From the NCBI RefSeq assembly GCF_009914755.1, contig NC_060933.1: a stretch of DNA of 64,000 bases; one strand, 5' to 3'. The notes under the pieces were generated by a model. The model had not been told where the DNA came from. It saw only the letters and a list, made by a program, of their open reading frames with translations, and searched no databases. The DNA comes from the human T2T-CHM13v2.0 reference genome, Homo sapiens. This document shows, one piece after another, positions 47,322 to 61,676 of this stretch (within the stretch, counting starts at the first letter, position 1; every line of letters begins with the position of its first letter). The position numbers and the translations under genes were made by a program.

Positions 47322-47847
47322 GCTTTTTCCTTCTTAAAAGGCTTTTGGAGTTAGAGATACAGAAGAAAACTGGAGGAAAGAAAGGTAGATAGGGGAGGGA
47401 GGTGAACAGAGAGAAATTTGGGGAAGGACCCAACAACTAAATGCAAGAGAAAGCGAAGACAGATGGGGCTGGAGTTGAAAGGCAGATGTAAACAGAACAC
47501 ACCTGTCTCTGAATTTGCAGACATGAAGAGTAATATTCTTTTAGTACCTCACATGTTCCCCTTTCCCAAGAGCTGATGAGGGCTGGATGGGTTCATCTCT
47601 GTACCTGCCTATGCCCACAAATGTTCAATGTCTCCCCGCTGTGTACCAAGCTAGAGGTCTGGCGCACCCTGGAATTCCAGATGCTCTGGAATGGATCTAA
47701 CCTCCGGTTAGCCTCGTTTCCAGTTATCTGCCTAGACATGTCTCTCTGTGCTCCAGCCAAATCGAGCTTTTGGTCTCCCCACAACGCCCGCAAACCTGCT
47801 TTCCTCCTGCCTCTGTGCAGGTGTTTCCTTTGCTTTGAATGTTGCTC

Positions 47848-48151
47848 TTTTTTTTTTTTTTGAGACGGAGTCTGGCTCTGTCTCCCAGGCTGGAGTCCAG
47901 TGGCTCGATCTCAGCTCACTGCAAGCTCCGCCTCCCGGGTTCCCGCATTCTCCTGCCTCAGCCTCCCGAGTAGCTGGGACTACAGGCACCCACCACCGCA
48001 CCCAGCTATTTTTTTTTTTTTTTTTGTATTTTTTAGTAGAGATGGGGTTTCACCGTGTTAGCCAGGATGGTCTCGATCTCCTGACCTCGTGATCTGCCCG
48101 CCTTGGCCTCCCAAAGTGCTGGGATTACAGGCGTGAGCCACCGCGCCTGGC
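47848..48151 (-). mobile_element. AluY
   Basis: gcaagctccgcctcccgggtt; TSD tgaatgttgctct. Confidence 0.93.
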
Positions 48152-48408
48152 TGAATGTTGCTCTCTTTCCTGGCTGAAACCGTCTCATCTTGAAAGCCAA
48201 GTTCCAATGCTTGTTCTGATGTAGCTTTTATTGGTCCTTTCGGGCTCCTGTCCCCATTCTCTCCTCTCCAGGCTGCTCCTAGGATTAGTTTTTAGTGTGC
48301 TTGTCTCAACCAATCTAGATTGTCAGACTCTTGAGGACAGTGACTGTCCTCCTTCTCTTCCTCATTGTCCATGTTCATTATTTGCACATTTTTAAAAAGC
48401 CTGTGGCC

Positions 48409-48829
<421 letters not shown>

Positions 48830-49179
48830 AATCGTGGGTATCAACTGTGTAGAAGTCACCATGGATATAGAGGTGAATAAGAAAAGCACTCAGCAAATAC
48901 TTGTTGCATTTATTGCTGTTGAAATGGGACTTGTGCTCGCTGATGGGATTCCAGTAGAGGGGTTCAACTGCACTAATGAATTGATACTCTCTCTCATTAT
49001 CTTCTATTCTCCATGTAACCATATTTTCCAAATCCTTTGCCTCAAGAGGCTTTAAACACATGTAAAGGCTGAGGTTCTGTTGCCGAAGTGAAGCAAATAA
49101 CTGAGACAACTTAATGAGACAGTTTATAGATTGTTCAGGAAAACAAATATGCCTTTGAAATCACTAAGTCATTTCAGTT

Positions 49180-49185
49180 TTTATT
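49180..49185 (-). terminator. Candidate distal poly(A) signal of INIP
   Basis: TTTATT on + (AATAAA on -), followed on the minus strand by a U-rich element (gcatatttgttttcc). Confidence 0.5.
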
Positions 49186-49481
49186 CCAGGGTCATACAAA
49201 GCACTGACATCTGCATTATTTAGAAGCGGCTTTCAAAACTTTTTTTGCCATAACTCACAGTAAAAAAAAATACATTTTATATTGCAACTCAAGTCTATAA
49301 ATTCTTTCATTCCTTCAACATATTGAACACCTACTATATGCCAAATATATTTTATGTGGAATACAGTAGTGAACGAAGTAAAAGAGGAAGAAAGGAAAGG
49401 AGGAAGAGAAAGAAATAAACAAAAATTCTTGCTCTCTAAGACTTTACATACTAGTGGAACAGACAATAGACAAAATAAGTA

Positions 49482-49790
49482 AGCCAGATGCAGTGGCTCA
49501 CACCTGTAATCTCAGCACTTTAGGAGGCCAAGGTGGGAGGATCGAGAGGACTGCTTGAGGCCAAGAGTTCAAGACCAGCCTGGGCAACATAGCAAGATGC
49601 TGTCTCTACAAAAATTAAAAAAAAAAAAAAATTAGCTGGGCATGGTGGCATGTGCCTGTAGTCTCAGCTACTTGGGAGGCTAAGGGTTGAGGATTGCTTG
49701 AGCCCAGGGATTCAAGGAGTCTTGCAGTGAGCTATGATTATACCACTGCACTCCAGCCTGGATGACAGAGCAGGACTGTCTCTTAAAAAA
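49482..49790 (+). mobile_element. Alu (AluJ-like)
   Basis: Alu consensus. Confidence 0.9.
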
Positions 49791-50329
49791 CCAACACAAT
49801 ACAAAGTAAAATATAGGAACACACAGAAACAGAATATTCATGAGGCAAAACCACCTATTTCTATATGCAGTACACTCAGATGTTTTTGATTTTTTCGGAA
49901 AAAATGCTGGTCAATCCTGTTAAACCATTAAGTTGGCTTCTCAACTCAGTAATGGGTTGAGGCTTTTGCACTTTGAAAAACACTAGTCTAGACAATTTCT
50001 GACATGGGCAGAGCATGTGCTTGTTCTCACCTTATGGAGGGAGGAACATACAAAGATATTAACTGAGTTCCTCAAATTCACCCATGATCTGAGGGAAGCA
50101 ATGCTGACCTCCACCTGAGGGCTTCCCAGTCCACTGCTGCCCTTTCCCTCACCCTCTGCAGTGCCTGCTCTTCTCCTCTCATTCTGAAACCTTGCTCTGC
50201 ACGTGGAGCAGCTCTTCCTTCCCTTGTCAGGTAAAAATCACATGAATACTTCTAAGCCTAGCCAGACCGCACTGCGTTCCAGGATGCCTCTCTCAGGCCA
50301 CTACTGCATTCTGGCTCGCTTGATTGATT

Positions 50330-50533
50330 GATTTAGAGACAGGGTCTCACTCTGTTGCCAAGTTGTGCAATCATGGCCCACTGCAGCCTCAACCTCCCAG
50401 GCTCAAGCAATCCTCCCACCTCAGCCTCCTGAGTGGCTGGGACTCTATGCATGCACCAGCACACCTAGCCAATCTTTTTTTTTTTTTTTTAATTTTTTAG
50501 TAGAGACAGGGGTCTCACTATGTTGCCTAGGCT
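50330..50533 (-). mobile_element. Partial Alu (AluJ-like)
   Basis: Antisense right arm and linker. Confidence 0.85.
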
Positions 50534-51718
50534 GTGGCTTGCTTTATAACTATTGGTGTACCAGAATAGGATCCTCTGCACGGTGACCTCCTAAAAGAGC
50601 AGGTACCAGTCACCTTTGTGTCCCCCAAAGCACAGTACTTTATCTGTAGGTATTAATAAATACATAGGAAATTGAATTGAATTTGTAACTCAAAGCAGAG
50701 GGGTGGAGAGAAGTGCTTCCTAGCCAGGAATACAGGATTTAGGCCATATCTATTTAAAAGACTAACAAACAGACTAGAAACGATAACACTGGTAAAAAGA
50801 TCTCTTTACCTGAGCTACAAAAGTCATACATTAGGTAGAGGCTTCAATAGTGTAGAAAATATACTAATGTGTTATCTCCCTAGAGACAGATTTAGAACCA
50901 TGTCAGTTATGTTGCAGATGACAGAGAACAGAAACCTAGTGAAATCAACTCAAGACAATGAGGGCTACCATAAGGAGGCCCAAGGAGTAGTTGGATGGAC
51001 CTGAGGAAGGACAGGAGCCAGAGGCCCCCTGAGGAGCTCTGCGCCGCAGAAGTAAGGCTATCCTCGCTGCAATGGTGACCATTACAATGGGGACAGTTGC
51101 CACCTCATCAAGATGAAGGAAATCAGTTCAAATTCTAAAAAAAACCTACATGGCACAGCCAATTCTAGAATTGTCCACTCTTGCTTCACTTGGTTTGAGT
51201 AGGATGGGGCTGTGTGTTTGAAAACATCTAAGGAAGAAAGGGGGGAACAAACTCTCTGAAAAGAAAGTAGAACTTTCACTAAATATTGACCCAAACTGGA
51301 ATTTTCAGTTTTACGCTACCACCAGAGAGGATGGGACTCAAGGCCAAGATAAGGTCAGTTACAAAAAGTTATATAAAATACTGTATCTGTGATACAGTGT
51401 AAAATATCATTTCAATCCTATTAAAAGTTAAAAAAAATGTAGATTTTAGCTAAATGACCTCTAAGTTTCAGGGATCTACAAACCCATGCGTGTATAAATA
51501 TATCACGAAAATCTGTACAAGATATTTCATAGAATTCTCTATCTCATGGTTTTCAGACTTTATTTTGAATCAGATTCTAATTCTGTAGGACTAGGGTAGG
51601 GTAGTGGGACTGCATACTTAAATAAGCACCCCAGATACTGCTAAAGATGGGTCATGTTGAGAGACTTTCTTAACCTAATCCCTTCCTACTTAATTAAAAA
51701 GGAGCTCGACTTGCATAA

Positions 51719-52140
<422 letters not shown>

Positions 52141-52762
52141 TAATTGCATCTAGTCACAACATTTATAAGAGCATATGTTTATAAAAGATGGTTAAGACTG
52201 GTTAGTAATTTATTCTTGAGGTTTGTTTTAAAGTGAAAAAGGGGGAAGTAGTTATAAGTCCAGAAAGAATATTTCAGGATGATACATGTTGACTATAAAC
52301 GCAAAAGGTATACTGATAGCAATCCTATAAACAGCAAATATGGATGCAATTGATTTAAGCCTATTAGTTCATTTTTTAAAAGCAGCCTTGTTTCTTTAAA
52401 GTTAAGTACTATAAATGATTCTTGAAAATCTACTGTGGACATGATATATTCAGTCAAACTTGCTAGGAGTTGGGGAATGACTTCGTGACCATCCAGTTCA
52501 CAGTCTGATTGAGAGTTAAACAGCATTACAAAAAAGTTACAGTCACGGTACATAATCAATTCCTTGGACGATACAGCTTCCACAGCTCTCATCATCCTGG
52601 TTATTCTTCTTTCAGCTTTCACTTACACATTCCTTTCTTTCAGACAAACAAAAAATATCAAAGTTCACCAAAATTCTTAAAGTCACAGTTCATGTAGCAC
52701 TGAATGATAGTAGCTTTGGCATTTGATATTACAAAGTCACTTTTCCATCGCAAATGTTTTCT

Positions 52763-52858
52763 TCATTCTGGGTCAAGGCGAGGTAAAACAGGAAGAATAA
52801 GGTTCCCAAATGCAGAGTCTTGAGTGATGAAGTATCCAGATGAATGTGCATGAGCATG
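52763..52858 (-). CDS. INIP: INIP last coding exon
   Basis: Minus strand: tttttaatctttcccag|CAT GCT...GAA TGA, translating to HAHAHSSGYFITQDSAFGNLILPVLPRLDPE*. Confidence 0.95.
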   Translation of the reverse strand, partial: HAHAHSSGYFITQDSAFGNLILPVLPRLDPE

Positions 52859-53028
52859 CTGGGAAAGATTAAAAACAAAAAGGCAATTAAGCTATTAAAT
52901 AGAGTCACAATTCTTCGACCAAGGCATTAAAATTACTCTTTCTGAATGCTTGAGACCAAATTTATTTGTTTATTCATTTATTTTTCATTGTTATTGCTGA
53001 GATGGAATTTATTTTAAAATCAGTTCTT

Positions 53029-53378
<350 letters not shown>

Positions 53379-53753
53379 TTAAATAGACAGGAAATGGACA
53401 GTAATACAGAATCTGGGTCAACAAGTTACACCAAGTACTCATTTATCATCCTCTCTCTCTACCCTGTGATCATCCTCAGTCCATAAATGACTCAAAGACA
53501 TGAACTGTTTTGTTCCTTCCAGTGAGGAAAACAAGTATCAAAGATCCCAAAGTACTCTGATCTTGGTCAACAAACCAGGAACTTGAGAAAGAAGGGTAGT
53601 AGTTGGAAGGAGAGGGGGGAAAAGGCAGTGAGATTACTGGTGATTAAAATACCAACATTTGGTAGAGAACGTTGGAATGTAAATAACAGAAAACCACCAG
53701 TAACTTCCCTCTGTCATTAAAAAAAAAAAAAAAGACTGTTTTTAAGTCATCTA

Positions 53754-54101
<348 letters not shown>

Positions 54102-54754
54102 GTGAGATGGTCATAATGTTCCTTCCAATTCTGGGATTCTAAGGTTTAAAAATACAAGTGATTAAATTATGCCTATGGGAAAAAAACGTCCAAAGTCTCT
54201 AGAAATCTTAAATTATTCAAGATGAGACTGTAACACTAAAACTATTTATTACTCTGAAGAGTATTTTTTTTAACTGACGAAGCACCACATTTCTAGTCCT
54301 ATAGTAAGAGTTAGCTATGAAATATTTCCTGCACAACAGTTGTGCTGAGCATTTAAAAAAAAAAATCCAGGCAACAATAATAAACTAATACAACTATCAA
54401 AGGATGTAATGACATGATAGATTTGAAAAAAAATGCATGTACTATTTAGCCAGTTCAATTTTTAAGATGATTCCTGTCCAGCCAAATATCCTAGACTCTT
54501 GTGCACAAGCAATCCCTTGGCATGTAGAAGCACAGAATCAATCATGACCGAGTCAACACCATAAAAGATACTTTCATTACTGCTGCACTGGTCCTTCAAA
54601 TCCTCTGGGCTTGACTGAACATCAGCAAACCATTGCAATTATGTGTGGAACATTTTTATTGATATTGCTCCACTGAAATATAAAATAACTATGTGCCGGC
54701 TTCTGAGATCCAGGAAACCTCCACCGAGGCAAGAATGTCAGTTACACTGCTCAC

Positions 54755-54845
54755 CTGCAAAGCTGCCTTCTGTTGGGCTGCAATATGCTGCTGCTCAGCG
54801 TGATCCCGGAAGTCCTTATTAAGAGAGGGTCTCGAGAGTGCAATG
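54755..54845 (-). CDS. INIP: INIP coding exon
   Basis: Minus strand: cccattttag|C ATT GCA...TTG CAG|gtgagc. The 91 nt translate to (S)IALSRPSLNKDFRDHAEQQHIAAQQKAALQ; phases match both flanking exons. Confidence 0.95.
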
Positions 54846-54924
54846 CTAAAATGGGAATCTTGGTTACTCAGCTGCTTAAGGCAGAAACATCCTTACTTTT
54901 TTTTGGATGGTAGTAAATTATCTT

Positions 54925-55180
54925 CTTTTTTTTAAATTGAGGTATCCTTGACAAAAACTGCATATACTTCCAGTGTACAATATGATGTTTTAGTATTTGT
55001 ATTTGTTGTGAAATGGTTAAATCAAGCTAATTAACATATCCATCACCTCGCATACTTACCATTTTTGGTTGTGGAACATTTAAGATCTCTTAGCAATTTT
55101 CTTAGCAAAAAATTCTCTTAGCAATTTTCAAGTATGTATCATTAACTATAGTCACTATGCTATATAGTAAATCTCTTAAA
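54925..55180 (-). mobile_element. L1MA/MB 3' end fragment
   Basis: ttaaattgaggtat...tgtacaatatgatgtttt...atcaagctaattaacatatccatcacctc. Confidence 0.8.
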
Positions 55181-55436
55181 GAGATGTCCTTACTTCTGAA
55201 TCACAACTTTTCATTATATATTCTTTATAGGGGTAAAAAAAAACCTCCAAGAATAAGTCTTTTTTCCTTCTCTCACTATCTTCATGAATTTATATAAGAA
55301 AGTCTATGTTATTTACTGAGATTTTAAATGGTCTGGAAAATGTTATAAAATGTAGACCTTATCCTAACAGTAATAGGAGACCTCCAAAGAGTGTTAGGCA
55401 GCAGGGGAGTGACATGATCAGAAGTATAACCCTCTT

Positions 55437-55709
55437 GGCCAGGCGTGGTGGCTCATGCCTGTAATCCCAGGACTTTGGGAGTCCGAGGCAGGAGGATCAT
55501 TTGAGCCCAGGAGTTCAAGACCAGCCTGGGCAATACAGTGAGACCCCATCTCTACAAAAACAAGATTAACCAGGTATGGTGGCATGTGCCTGCGATTCCA
55601 GCTACGTGGGAGGCTGAGATGGGAGGATCGCTTAAGCTTGGGAGGTCTGGAGAAGGTGCCACTGCACTCCAGCCTGGGTGACAGAGTGAGACCCTGTCTC
55701 AAAAAAAAG
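55437..55709 (+). mobile_element. Alu (AluJ-like)
   Basis: Alu consensus. Confidence 0.9.
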
Positions 55710-55750
55710 AACTATCATCCTGTAGTTCAGAAAGACCACTATTGCACTAC

Positions 55751-56310
55751 TGTGGCAGACAGTGTTGGTCACCTCCTCAACAGTTGTTTGTCTCCTTTCC
55801 TCCTTGCTGATGGAACCCAAACTTGGTTCAATTATCAGTAGTCACATGCTTCAAGGCAGGCCAGGCTCATGCCCCAGGGGGTAGACCTTGATTGATGTAA
55901 GACAATGTCATTCCCCTAGCTGGTTTCTGGTTTAGGCAAGAGAAAGGTACATAATCTGGGCAACCAGACTTGATGGGTGTCTACAGGAAGGCTTCTGAGA
56001 GTGTTCTCCTCACTCTTACAAATGGGACACACCATAGGAACCTTTCAGGCTTTTTCCTCTACAGGTGGCTCAGTGCGGGGTGATGCCTAAGCCACTGCAG
56101 TCATATTCTGGCCTGAGGGAGCCACTGACCCATGGGGTAAAGCAGAAAGGAAAGATGAATGAAGCTGCATCACTAATGATATTGTGGCCACTGAATTAAG
56201 CTACTCTGGAACTACCTTATCTTCACACTCTTGGTTAACAGATACCCAAATGTTTATGCCAATTTTGTTATATTTCTGTTACTTCCCGATTAAAGCTTGC
56301 TAAATGACAC
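55751..56310. mobile_element. MaLR LTR (MLT1-like)
   Basis: tgtggcagacagtgttgg...tcattcccct...ttctgttactt. Confidence 0.6.
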
Positions 56311-56906
56311 AACTGATGAATGTATTCAAGAAGCGTAAGACCACAGGAACTCTGAAGCAGTTATAATAATTGAGGCAAGAAATGAGAGTGGCCAGGAATC
56401 AGGATAGCATCAGTAGCAATGAAGGAAATGGTCAGATGTGAGACACCTTTCAAAGTATAATCACAAGAGAATGGTGAATGCTTGGAGATGAAAGTGAAAG
56501 GAATGGTAAACAACTGAAGTTCACATTTCTGACTTTGTAACTAGTAGATGGCAGCCTGAACCATTTACTGAGACAGGATACACAAGAATATTCAGTAGCT
56601 GATTGGAGAGCGGGGAGAATGAGTTCAGGTTGGGACATACTACATTTGAAATGCCTGTGGACATCAAAGTAGAGACATCCAGGAGGCAGAGGTGGTGCTT
56701 AGAAGAAAGGACAGACTAGAGCTGCAAATGCGTAAGTGATTAGCACGTAAATAACAGCATGTGGGAAAAGATGCAACTGTCCAGTGAAAACAGGCAGGCT
56801 AGGAAGCCTGGTCTAGAACAGAATTCGAAGGGCTGTCAGCATTCAAGGGACAAATAGAGAAATGTCCACAAAAGAAATCAAGATAGTCTCCTCCTACTGT
56901 GTTTTA

Positions 56907-57334
<428 letters not shown>

Positions 57335-57515
57335 TTAACCCGGGAAGGTTACAAGAGACCTAGGCAAGAACATTTTCTTTGATGGAGGGCCTGGAAGTCA
57401 GACTGCAGTGGGTTGAGGCATCAATAAGTGAGAAAGTAAAGATGAGTACAGACAATTGCTTTAAGAGAAAGACAGAAGAGAGTTAGGGTGGTGGTGGCTG
57501 AAGGGGATAATGGAT

Positions 57516-57812
<297 letters not shown>

Positions 57813-57984
57813 TAATGGATCTGAGGGAAGATACTAAATATGGCAGAGACTGAATACCTATAATAAAGATCATCAAGCTACCTAAATTTGGCCTACTTTG
57901 CAGAATGATTAAAAAGTGGGGCACTAGCAGCAATTGCAGTAATAAAAAACCATACAAAACTCAAAAAAAAAAAAAGGCTATAAG

Positions 57985-58276
57985 GGCTAGGTGCAGTGGC
58001 TAACGCTTGTAATCCCAGCACTTTGGGAGGCTGAGGCAGGAGGATCACTTGAGGCCAGGAGTTTGAGACCAGCCTGGGCAACACAAGACCTCACTTGTTT
58101 CTACTAAAAAACAAAAACAATTAGCCAGGTGTGGTAGGGTGCACCTGTAGTGTGAGATACTCAGGGGCGATCACCTGAGCCCAGGAGACTCAGGATGTAG
58201 TGAGTTATGATTGTGCCACTCCACTCCACTCTAGGTGACAGAGTTAGACCCTGTCTCAAAAAAAAAAAAAAAAAAA
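57985..58276 (+). mobile_element. Alu (AluJ-like)
   Basis: Alu consensus. Confidence 0.9.
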
Positions 58277-58375
58277 GTCTGAAGGCTATGAAGTCTATAG
58301 GGAAAATTAAATATTCTAGTTAGAATGTTTACAATTTAATCAACTAAACAGTTTGTTAAAAGTCTGACTAGGAAA

Positions 58376-58910
58376 TGAAGGGAACTAGAATATGTCACCT
58401 AAAATATGCTTCTTTGATATAAAAATTATTTTTGAGCTGAAAGCAATTAAGAAGCAGCTCAGTTAATAGGGTTGCTTAAAAATAAAAATAAAAGGCAGCA
58501 GCAAACTGAGGAAAAGCTCTCTCTCTCCCCTCCCCACTTTCTGCCTAAAGATAGGATAGAACTTCTCCTCTACTGGAGACAACTCTAGACTCTTAGCCTA
58601 GGGACAGCAGCAGAGGACTCTGCCAACAAGCCTTACTCCATTCGTTTTCTCCATATATTTACCTTCTCAGTTTCCCACCCCAAGAAGCCTAAAATCCCTT
58701 TTGTTTGTTCCACATTTATTGTTCTTTGTTGAAGATGCTATATAAGTAGAGTTCTAAGCCATGATTTTGAGTTATAAGGTTTCTCCCTTGTGATGTGTGC
58801 TGCATGCACTCATAAATTTGTTTTTCTCTTGTTAATCTGTCTTTTGTTACAGAGGTCCCTCCCAATAAGAACTAAGTTGGGCACAGGTAAAGTTTAGCCT
58901 CCCCTATACA
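58376..58910 (+). mobile_element. ERV1 solo LTR (MER34/MER39-like)
   Basis: Starts tgaagggaactagaatatgtcacctaaaatatgc...ttttgagctgaaagcaattaagaagcag; ends ctcccctataca. Confidence 0.75.
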
Positions 58911-59022
58911 AAGAAAACACAATGAATAGATTGCAGTGTTAAAGAAAAAAATCATTGCCAGCCAACTTGAATTATTTGGTCCAAGAAATTTTTATATCAC
59001 TGAATATAAAAACCACATTACA

Positions 59023-59345
<323 letters not shown>

Positions 59346-59360
59346 TTATAGTGTCAATAC

Positions 59361-59463
59361 CTAGCTCCAGGATGATTTGTTGAAGACTGGTTCTGCATAA
59401 GTAGTTTTCTTTTCTCTTTGTCCAGTTCTGCCAAGATTGCAACTCTATTTTTGTTTTGAAAAC
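59361..59463 (-). CDS. INIP: INIP (SOSS complex subunit C) coding exon
   Basis: Minus strand: cccctcttttttttag|GT TTT CAA...GGA GCT AG|gtattg. The 103 nt translate to (G)[33 protein letters not shown](S), recognised as INIP/C9orf80. Confidence 0.95.
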
Positions 59464-60147
59464 CTAAAAAAAAGAGGGGAATAGGAGAAAAGGGAGAAAG
59501 AGAGAGTAATCAGAAACATTTTAGACCTATTTTTATAACCTAAGTCATCTAGAACCAAGAAAGCAAAACTCCTATTCTCTAACATGATAATGAATTCACC
59601 AGTAAGTACTTTCCCTAAATGGTTACTTCTTCCCTCCTACTTCCCAGTAACTTTAACAGCATAATTCATGAATACTTAAGCAGAATATAATATCAAATCA
59701 TATTATATTTAAAGTGTAGCTGAGGACTTTTAAGACTTAGTTCTACAGAATTTTAATCACCAAGGTATAAGTTACAGCATTTGTTTTTTAACAAAATCTT
59801 TGAGGACCCAAATGCTGCAGGGGCCTGTGCAGTCTCTATCCTGCCGAGTCAATCTTTGGGAGGGCAGATGTTCTTAGTCTTCTATTTGAAGCCTCTTTCT
59901 GCATGCCTTTTTCATGGGGGGAAAAAGCAGTAAACATACTCAGATCAAAATATTTCTTCTTCTCAACTGCTTCCATTCAGATATGTTGGATAATTTTTCA
60001 AGGAACATGTCAAAGAATTTCAACTGACCAGAAAGCAATTCTGAGAAAGAAATGGAGCGTAACTGACAGGATACAAAGAGATATGGCCTTTGTCAAATAC
60101 TTAATACTGGGCTGGATTTTCAGCTTCAAACTTACGTAAGATATAGG

Positions 60148-60420
60148 GTAGAGGTTGCCAAGTTATGGCCCAGTAGCAACTCCTAGCTATGTTTTAAAAA
60201 TCAGAATTAAATACTAACATGTAAACATTGAGAAACTGTACACTAATTTCTCAGATTCCTAGCTTCTCTTGAAATATATCTCAAGATCTGGCAACAAGTG
60301 ATCTATATGCCCCCACGGCAACAATTCACCAGAACTAAGAAATAGTTGTCCCCTTTAGCTGGGCACTCTCCAGCTCATTACAATCCTTATCACCTTGTTT
60401 ACATTATCTGTAAGAATTTG
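60148..60420. mobile_element. hAT DNA-transposon fossil (MER102-like)
   Basis: gaggttgccaagttatggccc...agcttctcttgaaa...atctggcaac...ggcaacaat...ccccttt. Confidence 0.55.
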
Positions 60421-60949
60421 AGTTTCTGATCCCTAATTTAGAAAAACAAAAAGAAAGATTAAAGGACTGGAAAACAGAACTACAGAAAAAAAAAAAAAAA
60501 AAAAGATAAGGACGATGATGGCTCAGGAGACTGGAATCATTAGGCCAGAAGAATGAATATGGGAGGAAAGCACATTTTCCAAGCAGAGCAGACCTAGGCA
60601 CTCCTAAGGGTACCCACATGAAGGAGTCTAAGAATTTTATACTGATTATAAACAGGAAGAATTAGGTGGTAGGATGCAAACTTTTTCCTCTCCTTGGGAG
60701 AGGAGCAGAGACTAGCTAGGGATGGTGTAGGCTGTAGAAGGAGTATTCATACTCCTTTTGCAGTGTTTTCAGCTAAATCTGTTCTTCAATCAGGCATTAG
60801 CATACTGTCTGTGGCCAGGATTCTGGGCAAAATAAACCTCTGGCACATTCATTTCTATCATCTCCCATTTTCCCCTCTCTGCCCACCCATGCTATGTCAT
60901 CAAACTCTAGTAATAGCAGACTCCCTCTATTTGGATAAGATAATTCATT

Positions 60950-61119
60950 AAAAAAGAAGAAGAGGAAGAAGAGGAGGAAGAGGAGGAGTAGGAGGAAGGG
61001 AGAGGAGGAGGGGGAGGGGGAGGGGGAGGAGGAGGAGGAGAAGAAGAAGGAGAAGAAGAAGGAGAAGAAGGAGAAGAAGAAGGAGAAGAAGAAGGAGAAG
61101 AAGAAGGAGAAGAAGAAGA
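60950..61119. repeat. Homopurine (GAA/GGA)n compound microsatellite
   Basis: 170 bp that are all purine except one T, including GAAGAAGAAGGA units and G runs. Confidence 0.95.
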
Positions 61120-61139
61120 CATGCCAGAATGTATTAAGC

Positions 61140-61422
61140 CAGGGTATTGTTCTGTAGCCCAGACTGGAGTGCAGTGGTGTGATCATATCTCACTGCAGCC
61201 TCAAACTCCTGGGCTCGAGCGATCCTCCTGCCTCAGTCTCCCAAGTTGCTAAGACTACAGGTGTGAGCCAGCATGCCCTACTAATTTTTGTATTTTTTTT
61301 TTGTAGAGACAGGATTTCACCATGTTGCCCAGGCTGGTCTTGAACTCCTGGGCTCAAGCGATCCTCCCACCTTAGTCTCACAAAGTGCTAGGACTGCAGG
61401 TGTGAGCAACTGAGCTAAGCCC
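61140..61422 (-). mobile_element. Alu (AluJ-like)
   Basis: Antisense Alu lacking an obvious tail. Confidence 0.88.
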
Positions 61423-61676
61423 ATTGTGGTCTTTCTGAAGAGAGTTTTCTAAACCTTCCAGGGTATTGATCATTTACTCTCATCCTAACTCCAATCCCTT
61501 TTTCCTGCCTGATCTCTTAGAGCTTAATCTTCCGGTGGAAGAAGCTCTGTGGGGCCTTTCCATGCTGCACGTCATGACTGGCTCCACCCAGTCTTATGGA
61601 TACGCCTGTCTCGAGAGAAGTCTTCTACTCAAGGAAAGATTTAATACAGCTTTGAGAGACAGAGGAAAAACCAAAC

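Noticed and set aside
60797-61186. Ser/Pro/Phe-rich ORFs
   Set aside because: Translations of the GAA/GGA microsatellite and the adjacent Alu.
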